Shown here: positions 39,206 through 47,685 of the stretch, one piece after another
Numbering within the stretch: position 1 is the first letter of the stretch
Layout: each line of letters opens with the position of its first letter
Virus record (IMG/VR): IMGVR_UViG_3300048901_000236
Location: 6,407 to 70,406 of that record
Source: a virus
Taxonomy: Duplodnaviria; Caudoviricetes
Length of the DNA: 64,000 bases
Strand: one strand, 5' to 3'
Position numbers and translations under genes: made by a program
Notes under the pieces: generated by a model
What the model saw: only the letters and a program-made list of their open reading frames with translations
What the model was told of the DNA's origin: nothing
Database searches by the model: none

Positions 39206-39486
39206 TTTGATTTTCCGATCGCACGCGGACCGTGGACAGTCTTCGGCGGTTGAATCTTTCCGTCCTTCAGCCATCCGGCCTCATGTGCGAACATGACGAT
39301 GTCATCGAAAAAATACGGGATTGGCCGGCTATCGGATTCGATCCAACAGCCATTCAGCCACGCGACGGGGATCGTGTCGAGCCGTTCGACCTGCTTGTGG
39401 AATTCCGCGTGGAAGGCCCGGAACGCAGATTCGAACGTGCGGTGCGACTTGAGATTTTTCAGCCCGATGACTGGTGTAAATTTCAT
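39202..39486 (-). CDS. hypothetical protein
   Basis: 94 aa, ATGA-coupled. Confidence 0.5.
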   Translation of the reverse strand: MKFTPVIGLKNLKSHRTFESAFRAFHAEFHKQVERLDTIPVAWLNGCWIESDSRPIPYFFDDIVMFAHEAGWLKDGKIQPPKTVHGPRAIGKSK

Positions 39487-39938
39487 TTCGGGGATGGTTG
39501 TAGCAGAAATTCGAATTGTTCACAACCGCAATTTTCACCGCGATCGCAATCAAAATTGTCGTCGTCAAATCCCGCCGGCGGCGAATATTTCGCCAGCTCC
39601 AGGAGTTTGTCGCGCGCATCGAAGGATTCTTTGATATCCCCAATCGGATGCCAAGTCATAAATACTTTTTCGATTAACTCGGCCATCTCGGCGCGTTGAT
39701 CGTGGTAGAGCTGCCGCAGCAAAAATAGCCGGAGTTTGTCCTTGAGATGCGCCAGCATTTCAGGATGCCGTTGCGCCTCAGCGTCGGAATACCAAACCGA
39801 CGCGCCGACGTTCAGCGACGCGACGAGTCGTGATCGGCCAAAATAGGTCGAGCTGGATCCTACCCCCGCCGACGTGGTTTCGAATTTGACCGCCCCGACG
39901 ATGTTCTCGAATTTGGGAACGTATTGTTGCGGTTTCAT
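39483..39938 (-). CDS. hypothetical protein
   Basis: MKPQQYVPKF...; ATGA-coupled. Confidence 0.5.
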   Translation of the reverse strand: MKPQQYVPKFENIVGAVKFETTSAGVGSSSTYFGRSRLVASLNVGASVWYSDAEAQRHPEMLAHLKDKLRLFLLRQLYHDQRAEMAELIEKVFMTWHPIGDIKESFDARDKLLELAKYSPPAGFDDDNFDCDRGENCGCEQFEFLLQPSPK

Positions 39939-40114
39939 CGGATTGAATAGTCGCGGAATCTGACCAGTGAAGGACTGCCGCCGACTTCCTCGGCCCACTC
40001 GGGAATTTCAAATTCCTCCAGGTTGGTTAGTTTTTCCCACTCGGGTTGACGCGAGAATGGGATCACAAACCAGTGGCAATCTCCGTCTTGGGTTAAGATG
40101 AATTCGTTGTTCAT
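39935..40114 (-). CDS. small conserved-type phage protein (59 aa)
   Basis: ILTQDGDCHWFVIP...PEWA..VGGSP; ATGA overlaps at both ends; read manually. Confidence 0.6.
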   Translation of the reverse strand: MNNEFILTQDGDCHWFVIPFSRQPEWEKLTNLEEFEIPEWAEEVGGSPSLVRFRDYSIR

Positions 40115-40305
40115 GCGCGTATGGAAAAATACTTTTGATCAGGTTTGCCGCCTTCGCCATCGGTCCAAAGATAGCCCTGGTGAAATTCGACTTCCTGGAC
40201 GAGACTGTCATCGGACGGATCCATCCCGTCTTGCGCGGTGACTGGCAAGTCGCCGTGCTCGGCGATCTTGGCGACGAGTTGTTGAATCAATTCGGATGCT
40301 TTCAT
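40111..40305 (-). CDS. small hypothetical protein
   Basis: MKASELIQQL...HGDLPV pattern; ATGA-coupled. Confidence 0.55.
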   Translation of the reverse strand: MKASELIQQLVAKIAEHGDLPVTAQDGMDPSDDSLVQEVEFHQGYLWTDGEGGKPDQKYFSIRA

Positions 40306-40565
40306 ATTTCGTATCTCCAATCCAAATAGAGCCCCAAATCATGCAAATGCCCGGCCTGTATTTGCGCAACCATGAGTTGGATGACTTCCCTCACCGCCGG
40401 CGTCAATTGACCGCGCGTTGATTGGATCAATTTCAATAGACACATCGCGGAATGTGCATGCGCAGTATAGTGACGCGCGATGGCTTCGGCCTGCGCGAGT
40501 GGATCACCGGCGAGTCGCCGGATCGTCAAATCGACGGCATGCTGCGTAACGTGACTGGATTTCAT
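40302..40565 (-). CDS. small hypothetical protein
   Basis: 87 aa, ATGA-coupled. Confidence 0.5.
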   Translation of the reverse strand: MKSSHVTQHAVDLTIRRLAGDPLAQAEAIARHYTAHAHSAMCLLKLIQSTRGQLTPAVREVIQLMVAQIQAGHLHDLGLYLDWRYEI

Positions 40566-40810
40566 TTTTTGAACGCAGTAAAAATGCCTTCGTTGCCATG
40601 CGCGTCGATCACTTTACGCGAAATCATGAGTTTGCCCAACCTCAAATTGACGACGATCGTCTCCATGTCGGATAACGCTTTGCCCGACGTGGCCGGATCG
40701 TGGTATCCGATTGCGTCGAGTCGGGCGCGGATTTCGGAATGCGGCACGCTCATGTTGAGTTTTGGACTGTCCGGATTCATATCGGCGCGATGGAAAATTG
40801 TTGGTTTCAC
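40562..40810 (-). CDS. small hypothetical protein
   Basis: 82 aa, overlap-coupled. Confidence 0.5.
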   Translation of the reverse strand: MKPTIFHRADMNPDSPKLNMSVPHSEIRARLDAIGYHDPATSGKALSDMETIVVNLRLGKLMISRKVIDAHGNEGIFTAFKK

Positions 40811-41253
40811 GCGGTCGGCAGTGTCTCAACTAGAGCTTTGAGCGTCTCGCGCAATAGCCGAACCTGGACGCAATTCATGTCCTGCAATTCTTCAACGACC
40901 GCGCCGATATCTGCACAAGCGCCGATGAATGTTGAGATTTTTGATTTCAATTCACGTTGTCGCATCTCTGCTCTCTTCGCAGCATCCTCGGACTTGCGTT
41001 TGGCAATGTCCTCATGCCATTTCTTTTTTTCGGCGGCTTCACGAGCCGCGGCGTCGTCTTCTCGTTGGGCTTTTATGCGGGCTTCAACCATTTCCTCGGC
41101 CCATTTTTGTCGGCTCGCCGCGCTTGCTGCATCCGAAATTGCTTTGTCGCGGTGGACCTGGTCCGTGAGAAGATTCAAATCTGTTCCCTCCGGAATTATC
41201 GGCTTGAGATTCGAGGGCGCAATTGGCGTCTGTTTGAAAATGTCTTTGCTCAT
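40807..41253 (-). CDS. charged coiled-coil hypothetical protein
   Basis: 148 aa, Ala/Glu/Lys/Arg-rich helix. Confidence 0.5.
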   Translation of the reverse strand: MSKDIFKQTPIAPSNLKPIIPEGTDLNLLTDQVHRDKAISDAASAASRQKWAEEMVEARIKAQREDDAAAREAAEKKKWHEDIAKRKSEDAAKRAEMRQRELKSKISTFIGACADIGAVVEELQDMNCVQVRLLRETLKALVETLPTA

Positions 41254-41256
41254 GAT

Positions 41257-41790
41257 TCAATAGTCGTTGCGCTGCGCGAATGTATAGGAAAACGCAATTG
41301 GATCCAACCCTTTTTTTCGGGCATACAGCAATAATTTAAGCTGAAGATCCTTGACTTTAAGAAGTAAATCAGGATCCGGATCACCAGGACGATAAAAATT
41401 GAAATGTGGTGCTGGCCGTTTGGCCCAGCCCCAACAATGGAAAAGTGCTGAGTCGTAGAGTCGGGCCGCGCCTTGTGGAGTTCCGGATGTGCCGACGTGC
41501 CAATATTTATCGAGCAGACAAATCCGGACTACGTAAAGCGCTTTAGTGACTGATTCCGCCCTAAAATCCGGATCTCCCCAGGCCATCTTGGCTTGCATTT
41601 CCTGCATCCGCAGATCATGCGCCGGCGAGTCTTCATCGGTGCGCGGAGTGATGCCGTCCGCTTCCATGCCGATGATTTGTGGCCGATATTCTGCGCGCAA
41701 CTGTCGCTTCTCCGGATGATAGGAGACGCCCCAAAATCGCCGGATCGTCGTGCTGCCATCTGGCAATTTTTCTTCAATCGATAGTTTCAC
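41257..41790 (-). CDS. AP2-like DNA-binding domain protein (paralog B)
   Basis: RRFWGV...YVVRI...HVGTSGTPQGAARLYDSA...FNF (AP2 pattern), no nuclease domain. Confidence 0.55.
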   Translation of the reverse strand: MKLSIEEKLPDGSTTIRRFWGVSYHPEKRQLRAEYRPQIIGMEADGITPRTDEDSPAHDLRMQEMQAKMAWGDPDFRAESVTKALYVVRICLLDKYWHVGTSGTPQGAARLYDSALFHCWGWAKRPAPHFNFYRPGDPDPDLLLKVKDLQLKLLLYARKKGLDPIAFSYTFAQRNDY

Positions 41791-42176
41791 GGGTAAAAGT
41801 CAGGCCTCGGAAAATCATGGCGCTGCGCAAAGGTGAATGAGTAGTGCGCTGGATCCAACCCGAATGCTTTCGCACGCTGGATCATCAGCCCGCGAATTGT
41901 TTCTATTTCGGGCAACGATTCCGGCGTTGGATCCGCGGAGTCGGGACGATAGAAATTGAACTCGGGTTTTGGGTTCTTCATGAATCCCCATAGATAGAAT
42001 ATCGCCGAATCGGCGAGTAGCCCGGCAGCCGCCGGCGTCTTCTCAAATCCCAAATAAAGCTTTGCGCCAAGAAAGGTGGCCTGAACTTTATAGCCTCCAT
42101 TGCCGCGCGTGACATGGCGAAGCCGACCGTTGGATTGCCGTCCATCGGGCAACGACGCGGTCAAATAATATCTCAT
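41787..42176 (-). CDS. AP2-like DNA-binding domain protein (paralog A)
   Basis: RLRHV...YKVQ...LYLGFEKTPAAAGLLADSA...FNF; shares FNFYRP..DP and GLDP..(F/Y)S(Y/F)TFAQR.D with paralog B. Confidence 0.55.
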   Translation of the reverse strand: MRYYLTASLPDGRQSNGRLRHVTRGNGGYKVQATFLGAKLYLGFEKTPAAAGLLADSAIFYLWGFMKNPKPEFNFYRPDSADPTPESLPEIETIRGLMIQRAKAFGLDPAHYSFTFAQRHDFPRPDFYP

Positions 42177-42182
42177 GCGAGT

Positions 42183-42210
42183 AAGGTTGAGGAGCCCATG
42201 ACATTGTCAT
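42183..42210 (-). promoter_or_regulatory. class II promoter-like motif
   Basis: ATGACAA-N15-AACCTT, 6 nt before ATG 42176. Confidence 0.6.
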
Positions 42211-42650
42211 AATCAATTTATGATAACTAGGGCAAAAACGGTGGTCCCTTTGTATATTTTTTTTTCTTAAACCCCCTTAAACAAATAATAACCCACATAG
42301 AAAAGAAAAAACTAAAATATTGGCGTAAAAGTTGGTAAGTGGTTGGAAAATGTAGTGGAGTAGACGAGCCGGCGAATTCGTCGGCCCGGCTGGCCGCCGG
42401 TGGCACCTTTTTTTATCCTCCGCCAGCGGCGGTCGCGCGTTTACACGCCAAATGTCAATTTTTCTGGAATTAGTAGTTAGCCATTTCGAGAGTCCGGCGG
42501 ATCGCCGTGCCGACAAGTCGGGCGGAGCCTGAACCTTTTGTGCGTGAAAGACCCAAAGACCCCCGCCGATTCCCTTTTTCGTTCGCAGCCAAAACGAATC
42601 CAGAAACTTCAAAAAGACGGTGCGAAGGCGATTCGTGAGAAGGCCCGGAA
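42211..42650. other. divergent non-coding region with AT-rich and poly-T/poly-A tracts (candidate origin, packaging or control region)
   Basis: Strand switch between the leftward and rightward blocks; T-run near 42257-42265, A-rich 42280-42330, in an otherwise GC-rich genome. Confidence 0.4.
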
Positions 42651-42653
42651 AGA

Positions 42654-43340
42654 ATGGTGGCGCAATTATGGAGGAACTGCGAAGTGAAAGTGAACAAAAA
42701 TCATTTGGATGTTTCCCGCTGTTTTATCGTGTTCATGACTCTATGCGGTGACGTGCAAAAGACTGCTGCCGCCCTGGACATCGATCCCGCGATCGTGGAG
42801 AAGCTTGCGACGGATGAACAATGGCACCAGAAGATCAGCCGCGTCAGCCTTTTGAGCAAATCTGGCAAGCCAGGAGAATACGAGCGAGGCGTCAATCGTG
42901 CGCTGAACTTTGCACAGTCGCACCGCGCCCGGCTTCTGCTTGATAAGGTGTTGGAAGAGTTTGAGGACAAGACGCCTGAAGAGATCCTGGAGGTTCTGTC
43001 CACGCGCACCAAAAGCGGAGCGATGATGGTGAGCGCTCGTTTTTTTGCGGACCTGATCGCAGCGATGGAGAAGGCGCAGCACATGTCATATCTTGCTCTC
43101 GGCGATACAGTTGCAGAGCGGCCGGACGTGAGCACCGAAGAAGGAGAGTTGTCCGCGAATCAAATGCATCAGGCGGTAATTCAAGCGCTCAACAATCCAG
43201 CAATGCGAAACGTCTCAGCCGCAAAGCTTTTGAATGATGAGCAAGTTACTCATGTTACTCAGGTAGCAGAGCGAAAAGCTCCCGCGGAAGCGCCGACGGA
43301 AAGCGCGCCGCAACCGCCAGGACCCGCATCGGTTGGGTGA
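42654..43340 (+). CDS. helical HTH-like protein, possible terminase small subunit (start uncertain)
   Basis: DVQKTAAALDIDPAIVEKLA..EQW HTH-like segment; first rightward gene; function inferred from position only. Confidence 0.35.
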   Translation: MVAQLWRNCEVKVNKNHLDVSRCFIVFMTLCGDVQKTAAALDIDPAIVEKLATDEQWHQKISRVSLLSKSGKPGEYERGVNRALNFAQSHRARLLLDKVLEEFEDKTPEEILEVLSTRTKSGAMMVSARFFADLIAAMEKAQHMSYLALGDTVAERPDVSTEEGELSANQMHQAVIQALNNPAMRNVSAAKLLNDEQVTHVTQVAERKAPAEAPTESAPQPPGPASVG

Positions 43341-43533
43341 ATACACCCAATCGGCAGCTCGACCGTTCGGCGACAAGGCTTTGCGACGTAGAAAACTGGG
43401 CAGTCCCTGATACAGCCCTATCGACGCGCTGCCGGACTGGGAATCGGCGCAAGTCGACGGGGGGCTGGCCCGGCGAACGGCCCGGCTAAGGGGTCCGAGC
43501 GCTATAAAATAAATCGGCTCCGCGAGCTTTTTT

Positions 43534-43561
43534 GTGACAACGCGGTGTCCGCCTGCACTTT
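43534..43561 (+). promoter_or_regulatory. class II promoter-like motif
   Basis: GTGACAA-N15-CACTTT, followed by ACTACCAG as in the portal copy; 7 nt before GTG 43569. Confidence 0.6.
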
Positions 43562-43568
43562 ACTACCA

Positions 43569-43733
43569 GTGACAACTGCGCCAGAATACGGGGATAGTAA
43601 GAATATCCTGCTCGCTCGCATAGTTCAGAAGAAGAGCGACGAGCACGGCGGAGCCTACGCACCCCGGTATGGCGATTCAAATTATCGGCTTTGGCAGAAA
43701 TGGGCCAAGCTGCTTTTCACTTATGGCCCGTAA
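43569..43733 (+). CDS. 54-aa protein with two PxYGDS repeats
   Basis: APEYGDSKNILLARI and APRYGDSNYRLWQKW. Confidence 0.6.
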   Translation: MTTAPEYGDSKNILLARIVQKKSDEHGGAYAPRYGDSNYRLWQKWAKLLFTYGP

Positions 43734-44400
43734 AAAGTTTCCCGCGCCGGTCCCAGGTCGGGTTTTCCTGTATGCTCTTTGCGAGCCGGGCACCCGGACG
43801 GTTCGATATATTGGCCAGACCAAAGACCCTCGAAAAAGATTCGATAAGCATCTTTCCGCATCTTCCAAGAATAAGAATCATCTGGGATACTGGCTACGGA
43901 GCATTCTGGACCGCTCGGCGCAGCCAAATATGATAATCCTTCGAGACGTGCCCGAAAGCGATCTGGATTTGGCCGAGAGGAAGTATATTCGCATCGCCCG
44001 GGATCTGGGAATGAATTTGACGAATGCTACCGAAGGCGGGGAGAAATGCAGCCCAAGCCCAGAGACGGTAGAAAAAATTATTGCCTCCCGGGCTTGGTAT
44101 CGGCATTCAGAAGAGACGAAGGCAAAAATCAGTAGGGGCAATCGTGGGAAAGTCCTATCCCCGGAGCATATCCAGGCACTGCGATATGCTCGATCGCCCG
44201 AGACCCGCGCCAGGATCAGCGCAGCCAAAATGGGGAAACGTAGATCCAAAGAATCTTGTGCCAAGCAGAGCGCGAATATGAAGGGAAAGCCGTCCCGCAT
44301 GTTAGGCAAAACGCATTCCCCCGAAACCCGGGAAAAGATGCGACAATCTCACGCGGCTCGACTTGTCCGAAAACGATTGGAGGTATCGAATGTCATTTGA
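43723..44400 (+). CDS. GIY-YIG homing endonuclease with NUMOD3-like repeats
   Basis: FLYAL...RYIGQT..P.KRF..H; LTNATEGG; repeated HSEETKAKIS/SPETRARIS/HSPETREKM. Confidence 0.9.
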   Translation: MARKKFPAPVPGRVFLYALCEPGTRTVRYIGQTKDPRKRFDKHLSASSKNKNHLGYWLRSILDRSAQPNMIILRDVPESDLDLAERKYIRIARDLGMNLTNATEGGEKCSPSPETVEKIIASRAWYRHSEETKAKISRGNRGKVLSPEHIQALRYARSPETRARISAAKMGKRRSKESCAKQSANMKGKPSRMLGKTHSPETREKMRQSHAARLVRKRLEVSNVI

Positions 44401-45739
44401 ACCGCGCTACGGGGATTCCGAATATGCCCTCATTTTCAAAATCGCCGAGATGATAAACGCCGGCGGAGGGGGCGGTGGATCCGGCGTCTCAACCTTCAAC
44501 GGGCGCACCGGCGCGGTCTCCCTGACTTCCGGCGACATCAACGGCGCCCTGGGATTCACACCCGGCAATCCGGCTCTTTACGTGCTCAAGGCTGGCGACA
44601 CGATGTCGGGCACCCTGACGATCCAATCTCCAGGTTTCCTCGAAGCTCCGTTTGTTTTCGCGAACATGGCGGACGCGATTGTCAATGCGGCCCCCGTCGT
44701 TGCGGAAGTCAGCCATCACTCGTCTGCGGGAACCCCGGCGGTCGGCAATGGCGTGTCCATGGATTTCTCGATGGACGACGCGACGGTTGTTCGACAGATC
44801 GGCGCGCGACTTACTAGCTCATGGACTACGGCGACGCATGCAACCCGGACGTCTCAGTTCCGATTTTTTCTGCCGTCTTCCGCGACCCTCACAGAAGTAT
44901 TTCGGATAGCGCCGGCCAATACGGTGCTCGTCGTCGGAAACTTCGTTTTTGGAACTGACAATACGCAGGACATCGGCGCATCCGGAGCGACGCGTCCACG
45001 CACCGGATACTTTGGGAAATCGGTTGTCGTAAATCAGGGGACGATCACTACGGTTATTCCGGCGGTGGATATTTCTCAGACCGTAAATGATGACGGAAGC
45101 TTAGACTTTGTGGCTTTTCGTATCTCGGGGGCCAACACGACAGGGGATGAACAATTCAAATTCATCTCATGCAATTTTAATAGCGGAGGCGGTGGTGCCC
45201 AAGAAGTTTTCTATGTCCAGGCCTCTGGGAACCTTTTCACAAGGGGGGGCATAACTTTGGATGGGGGCGGAAGCATTCAGCTTGCGGATGGCGGGGGAAT
45301 AAATCGGGGCAGCAATCCGTTCAACAACTTTCTTACTAGTTATTTTTCGGGAGCCGTTTATACTGTCACAAATTCTAGCGCAGAGGTTAAGCTAAACGGG
45401 AATTCACAACCGGTTATAATCGACGTGGCCGGAAAGTATCTACTCAGGGCATGGGTGAAAATTGATCTGAGCGGAGCGACTTTTGCGGCGACGCGGACGC
45501 TTACGATTAAACTGCGGAGGTTGAACAACACCGCGGCGGATGTCGCGAATGCCGTTCTGACTTTCACCGTCCCGATCACCACAACTTTGTCGGAAACCCT
45601 GGCGTTTATCGATTTGCCGGGGGTGCAATATACTGGCACGGCGACGGATCAAATCGCCATGTTCGCGGACATCAACATCGTCCCTTCGGCTGGATCAATT
45701 GTAATTTCAGCCGGCGGAATCACAGCAATGCGGATCTAA
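44390..45739 (+). CDS. tail fibre/spike-like virion protein
   Basis: PRYGDS N-terminus; GVSTFNGRTGAVSLT..D and YVLKAGDTMSGTL fibre repeats; GTDNTQDIGASGATRPR motif. Confidence 0.7.
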   Translation: MSFEPRYGDSEYALIFKIAEMINAGGGGGGSGVSTFNGRTGAVSLTSGDINGALGFTPGNPALYVLKAGDTMSGTLTIQSPGFLEAPFVFANMADAIVNAAPVVAEVSHHSSAGTPAVGNGVSMDFSMDDATVVRQIGARLTSSWTTATHATRTSQFRFFLPSSATLTEVFRIAPANTVLVVGNFVFGTDNTQDIGASGATRPRTGYFGKSVVVNQGTITTVIPAVDISQTVNDDGSLDFVAFRISGANTTGDEQFKFISCNFNSGGGGAQEVFYVQASGNLFTRGGITLDGGGSIQLADGGGINRGSNPFNNFLTSYFSGAVYTVTNSSAEVKLNGNSQPVIIDVAGKYLLRAWVKIDLSGATFAATRTLTIKLRRLNNTAADVANAVLTFTVPITTTLSETLAFIDLPGVQYTGTATDQIAMFADINIVPSAGSIVISAGGITAMRI

Positions 45740-45740
45740 T

Positions 45741-46427
45741 ATGTCAACACCAAACCTATCATCGGTCTCGGGCCTTTCCATTAACACTGGAGAAGTCCAG
45801 GAGAACACCCCCGTCCTCTCGCTCATTCAAAAAGTCAATGACGCGGGGGATGCCCAGTTCAACATCCTTGAACTGCGGGTCGAGAACACGACCGAGGACG
45901 AGCAAATCTTTTTCCTACGCGGATACCTGAACGGACAGGAACAGTTTTCAATTCGGCCGGGCGGTGCGTTTATCGGCGGATCTGTTTTTGTTATCAGCTC
46001 TATCACGGCTGGAGCCAGCACACTTGATACCACAACTCTGAATCTTGCGGGCAACGTTTTTCTTACGACGGACGGATATAATGTGCTCTCACTTCGTCGG
46101 GGGAATCAACCACAGACCCTTCGAGTTTACGGCGCTCACCAGGACGAGGGTCCTTTTGAATATCTCGATCTCTCATTCTCTGGCGGCGTCGCAAAGATTA
46201 GCACCCAGAAACAGAACGCGGGCGTGGAGCGAGAGCTAGCGCTCGGCGTCGGCTCGTCGAATTCTATTCGGCTTTCTTCCTCCAATCAGGTTGGATTTTT
46301 TGGGGCCGCTCCCGTCTCGCAACCGGTTCTCGGTAGTGCGAGCGCGTCGGCTTCTTATGGAGCGCCCGAACAGGCGATGTTGAACAAAGCCTACCAGGCC
46401 CTCCGGACTCTCGGTCTCGCTAGCTGA
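45741..46427 (+). CDS. fibre-associated virion protein
   Basis: Beta-rich; C-terminal VGFFGAAPVSQP...AYQALRTLGL motif. Confidence 0.55.
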   Translation: MSTPNLSSVSGLSINTGEVQENTPVLSLIQKVNDAGDAQFNILELRVENTTEDEQIFFLRGYLNGQEQFSIRPGGAFIGGSVFVISSITAGASTLDTTTLNLAGNVFLTTDGYNVLSLRRGNQPQTLRVYGAHQDEGPFEYLDLSFSGGVAKISTQKQNAGVERELALGVGSSNSIRLSSSNQVGFFGAAPVSQPVLGSASASASYGAPEQAMLNKAYQALRTLGLAS

Positions 46428-46441
46428 CTCAAACCAAACCC

Positions 46442-46669
46442 ATGAACCAAAAAACCCACGCCTCCCCGACGGATCCTTTTTCCGTCGTCCTCACGAAACA
46501 GGAAATTGAAGTGCTACTCGGTCTGCTCGATCTCGGCGTCAAAGCCGGCGGGCTCTCCGTCGCCGCCAACGCTGCGGTGTTGCACCAGAAGATCCAGGCG
46601 GCCACGCCGGTCGCGCCGCCCGCGCCGCCCGCGCCGTCCGCGCCGGAAGCGGAACAGCCGCCGTTCTAA
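46442..46669 (+). CDS. small helical protein (possible fibre chaperone)
   Basis: LTKQEIEVLLGLLDLGVKAGGL.VA..A..L..KI pattern, common after phage fibre genes. Confidence 0.55.
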   Translation: MNQKTHASPTDPFSVVLTKQEIEVLLGLLDLGVKAGGLSVAANAAVLHQKIQAATPVAPPAPPAPSAPEAEQPPF

Positions 46670-46670
46670 T

Positions 46671-46699
46671 TTGACAAGCCCGCGGTCTCGTGGTAGGTT
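46671..46699 (+). promoter_or_regulatory. sigma70-like promoter (class I), probably leaderless
   Basis: TTGACA-N17-TAGGTT preceded by GTGG; ATG 46706 follows 6 nt later. Confidence 0.7.
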
Positions 46700-46705
46700 G
46701 TCTTC

Positions 46706-47035
46706 ATGATGAAGACAGCAATTTGCAAACGGTGCAGCCAGGAATTTTCCTTCGAGGGAAAATGGAAACGGTATTGTCCCGGCTGCGCTCCGATCGTGAT
46801 CAGCGAACGGGACATCGCCGCGCGCGAACGGCGTAAGTCCGAGAAGCGCGAGCTACTCGGCGGCATCGATCTCGAACCCATCGCGGTCCGCACCCACAAG
46901 GAAGTCGGCGAAATTCTCGGCATTTCGGGCGAGGCAGTCCGGCTGATCGAACACACCGCGCTGATCAAGATCCGCCGGGCGCTGGCATTCGGCATGACCA
47001 AACAACAGATCAACAACTCACTCCGCATAGTATGA
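46706..47035 (+). CDS. zinc ribbon + stand-alone sigma70 region-4 HTH protein
   Basis: CKRC...YCPGC; THKEVGEILGISGEAVRLIEHTALIKIRRAL. Confidence 0.75.
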   Translation: MMKTAICKRCSQEFSFEGKWKRYCPGCAPIVISERDIAARERRKSEKRELLGGIDLEPIAVRTHKEVGEILGISGEAVRLIEHTALIKIRRALAFGMTKQQINNSLRIV

Positions 47036-47328
47036 TAACCCTATTAAGTGTAGTGGCCGTGGCCCTTTGGTCATCAGAAAACTCAGCGGTCAACCGGGAA
47101 GCGCAGGCACGGATCGACGCGGCCAAGGACACAGAGCGAGCCGCCAACCGGGAGGCGCGGGAGGTGGAACGAAAAGAGGAGGAAGCCCGGGCGAAGAGAC
47201 ACAAAGAACGCGCACACTATCTATTGGAGTCCCCGCCCCACTTTAACAAATATCGAACGCCGGATCGCAAAGCCTTTATCTTCCGAGAATCAGATTTCCA
47301 GTCATGGGCAAAGGCCAGAACCGCGTAA
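47032..47328 (+). CDS. hypothetical protein with hydrophobic N-terminus and coiled coil
   Basis: MITLLSVVAVALW...; ATGA-coupled. Confidence 0.5.
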   Translation: MITLLSVVAVALWSSENSAVNREAQARIDAAKDTERAANREAREVERKEEEARAKRHKERAHYLLESPPHFNKYRTPDRKAFIFRESDFQSWAKARTA

Positions 47329-47341
47329 CCACCAAAACAAT

Positions 47342-47512
47342 ATGCACGACTTGAACCAAATCCGAAAGATGAACGAGCTGGCCGAGACAAAGAAATCTCA
47401 ATCCCGCGCTCGCGCCATGAACACGAAGGAATCCCATCCGAAGAAATCTCTCGCGGCCCGGCTAAAGACGGTGCCGACCGGCGCGTGCCCCGCGCTTGAC
47501 AAACTGCGGTAA
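47342..47512 (+). CDS. small basic protein (56 aa)
   Basis: MHDLNQIRKMNELAETKK...; read manually; A/C-rich upstream context. Confidence 0.45.
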   Translation: MHDLNQIRKMNELAETKKSQSRARAMNTKESHPKKSLAARLKTVPTGACPALDKLR

Positions 47513-47537
47513 CCACCAACAACAAAACAGCTTCTGT

Positions 47538-47578
47538 GCCGGGCCGTCTCTGACAAAGGGGCGGCCCGGCTAACTTTT
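47538..47578 (+). terminator. 13-bp hairpin plus T tract (putative terminator), overlapping a class II motif
   Basis: GCCGGGCCGTCTC-TGACAAA-GGGGCGGCCCGGC-TAACTTTT. Confidence 0.55.
47550..47577 (+). promoter_or_regulatory. class II promoter-like motif upstream of the glycosylation/terminase operon
   Basis: CTGACAA-N15-AACTTT. Confidence 0.55.
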
Positions 47579-47585
47579 CACCGTA

Positions 47586-47685
47586 GCTGATTGTCGTTCC
47601 CGACAAGGCCTGAGCGTGGTAGTAACCCACCGGGCAAGCGGATCGCTAGTGGAACGACGCAGCAACTCAATCCGAGAAATCGGAT
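47586..47685 (+). ncRNA. structured 5' leader / candidate cis-regulatory RNA
   Basis: GCTG..GTCGTTCC/GGAACGAC..CAGC closing stem around two hairpins, then ATCCGA-GAAA-TCGGAT; not assigned to a known family. Confidence 0.4.

Noticed and set aside
43400-43533. Long interrupted hairpin and GCTC-CGC-GAGC-T6 between 43340 and the class II motif
   Set aside because: Plausible weak terminator or structure, but expected at this GC content; not enough support to call.
47586-47685. Hammerhead or other self-cleaving ribozyme
   Set aside because: CCTGAGCG does not match the CUGAnGA core and no GAAAC follows in the right position; kept only as an unassigned structured RNA.
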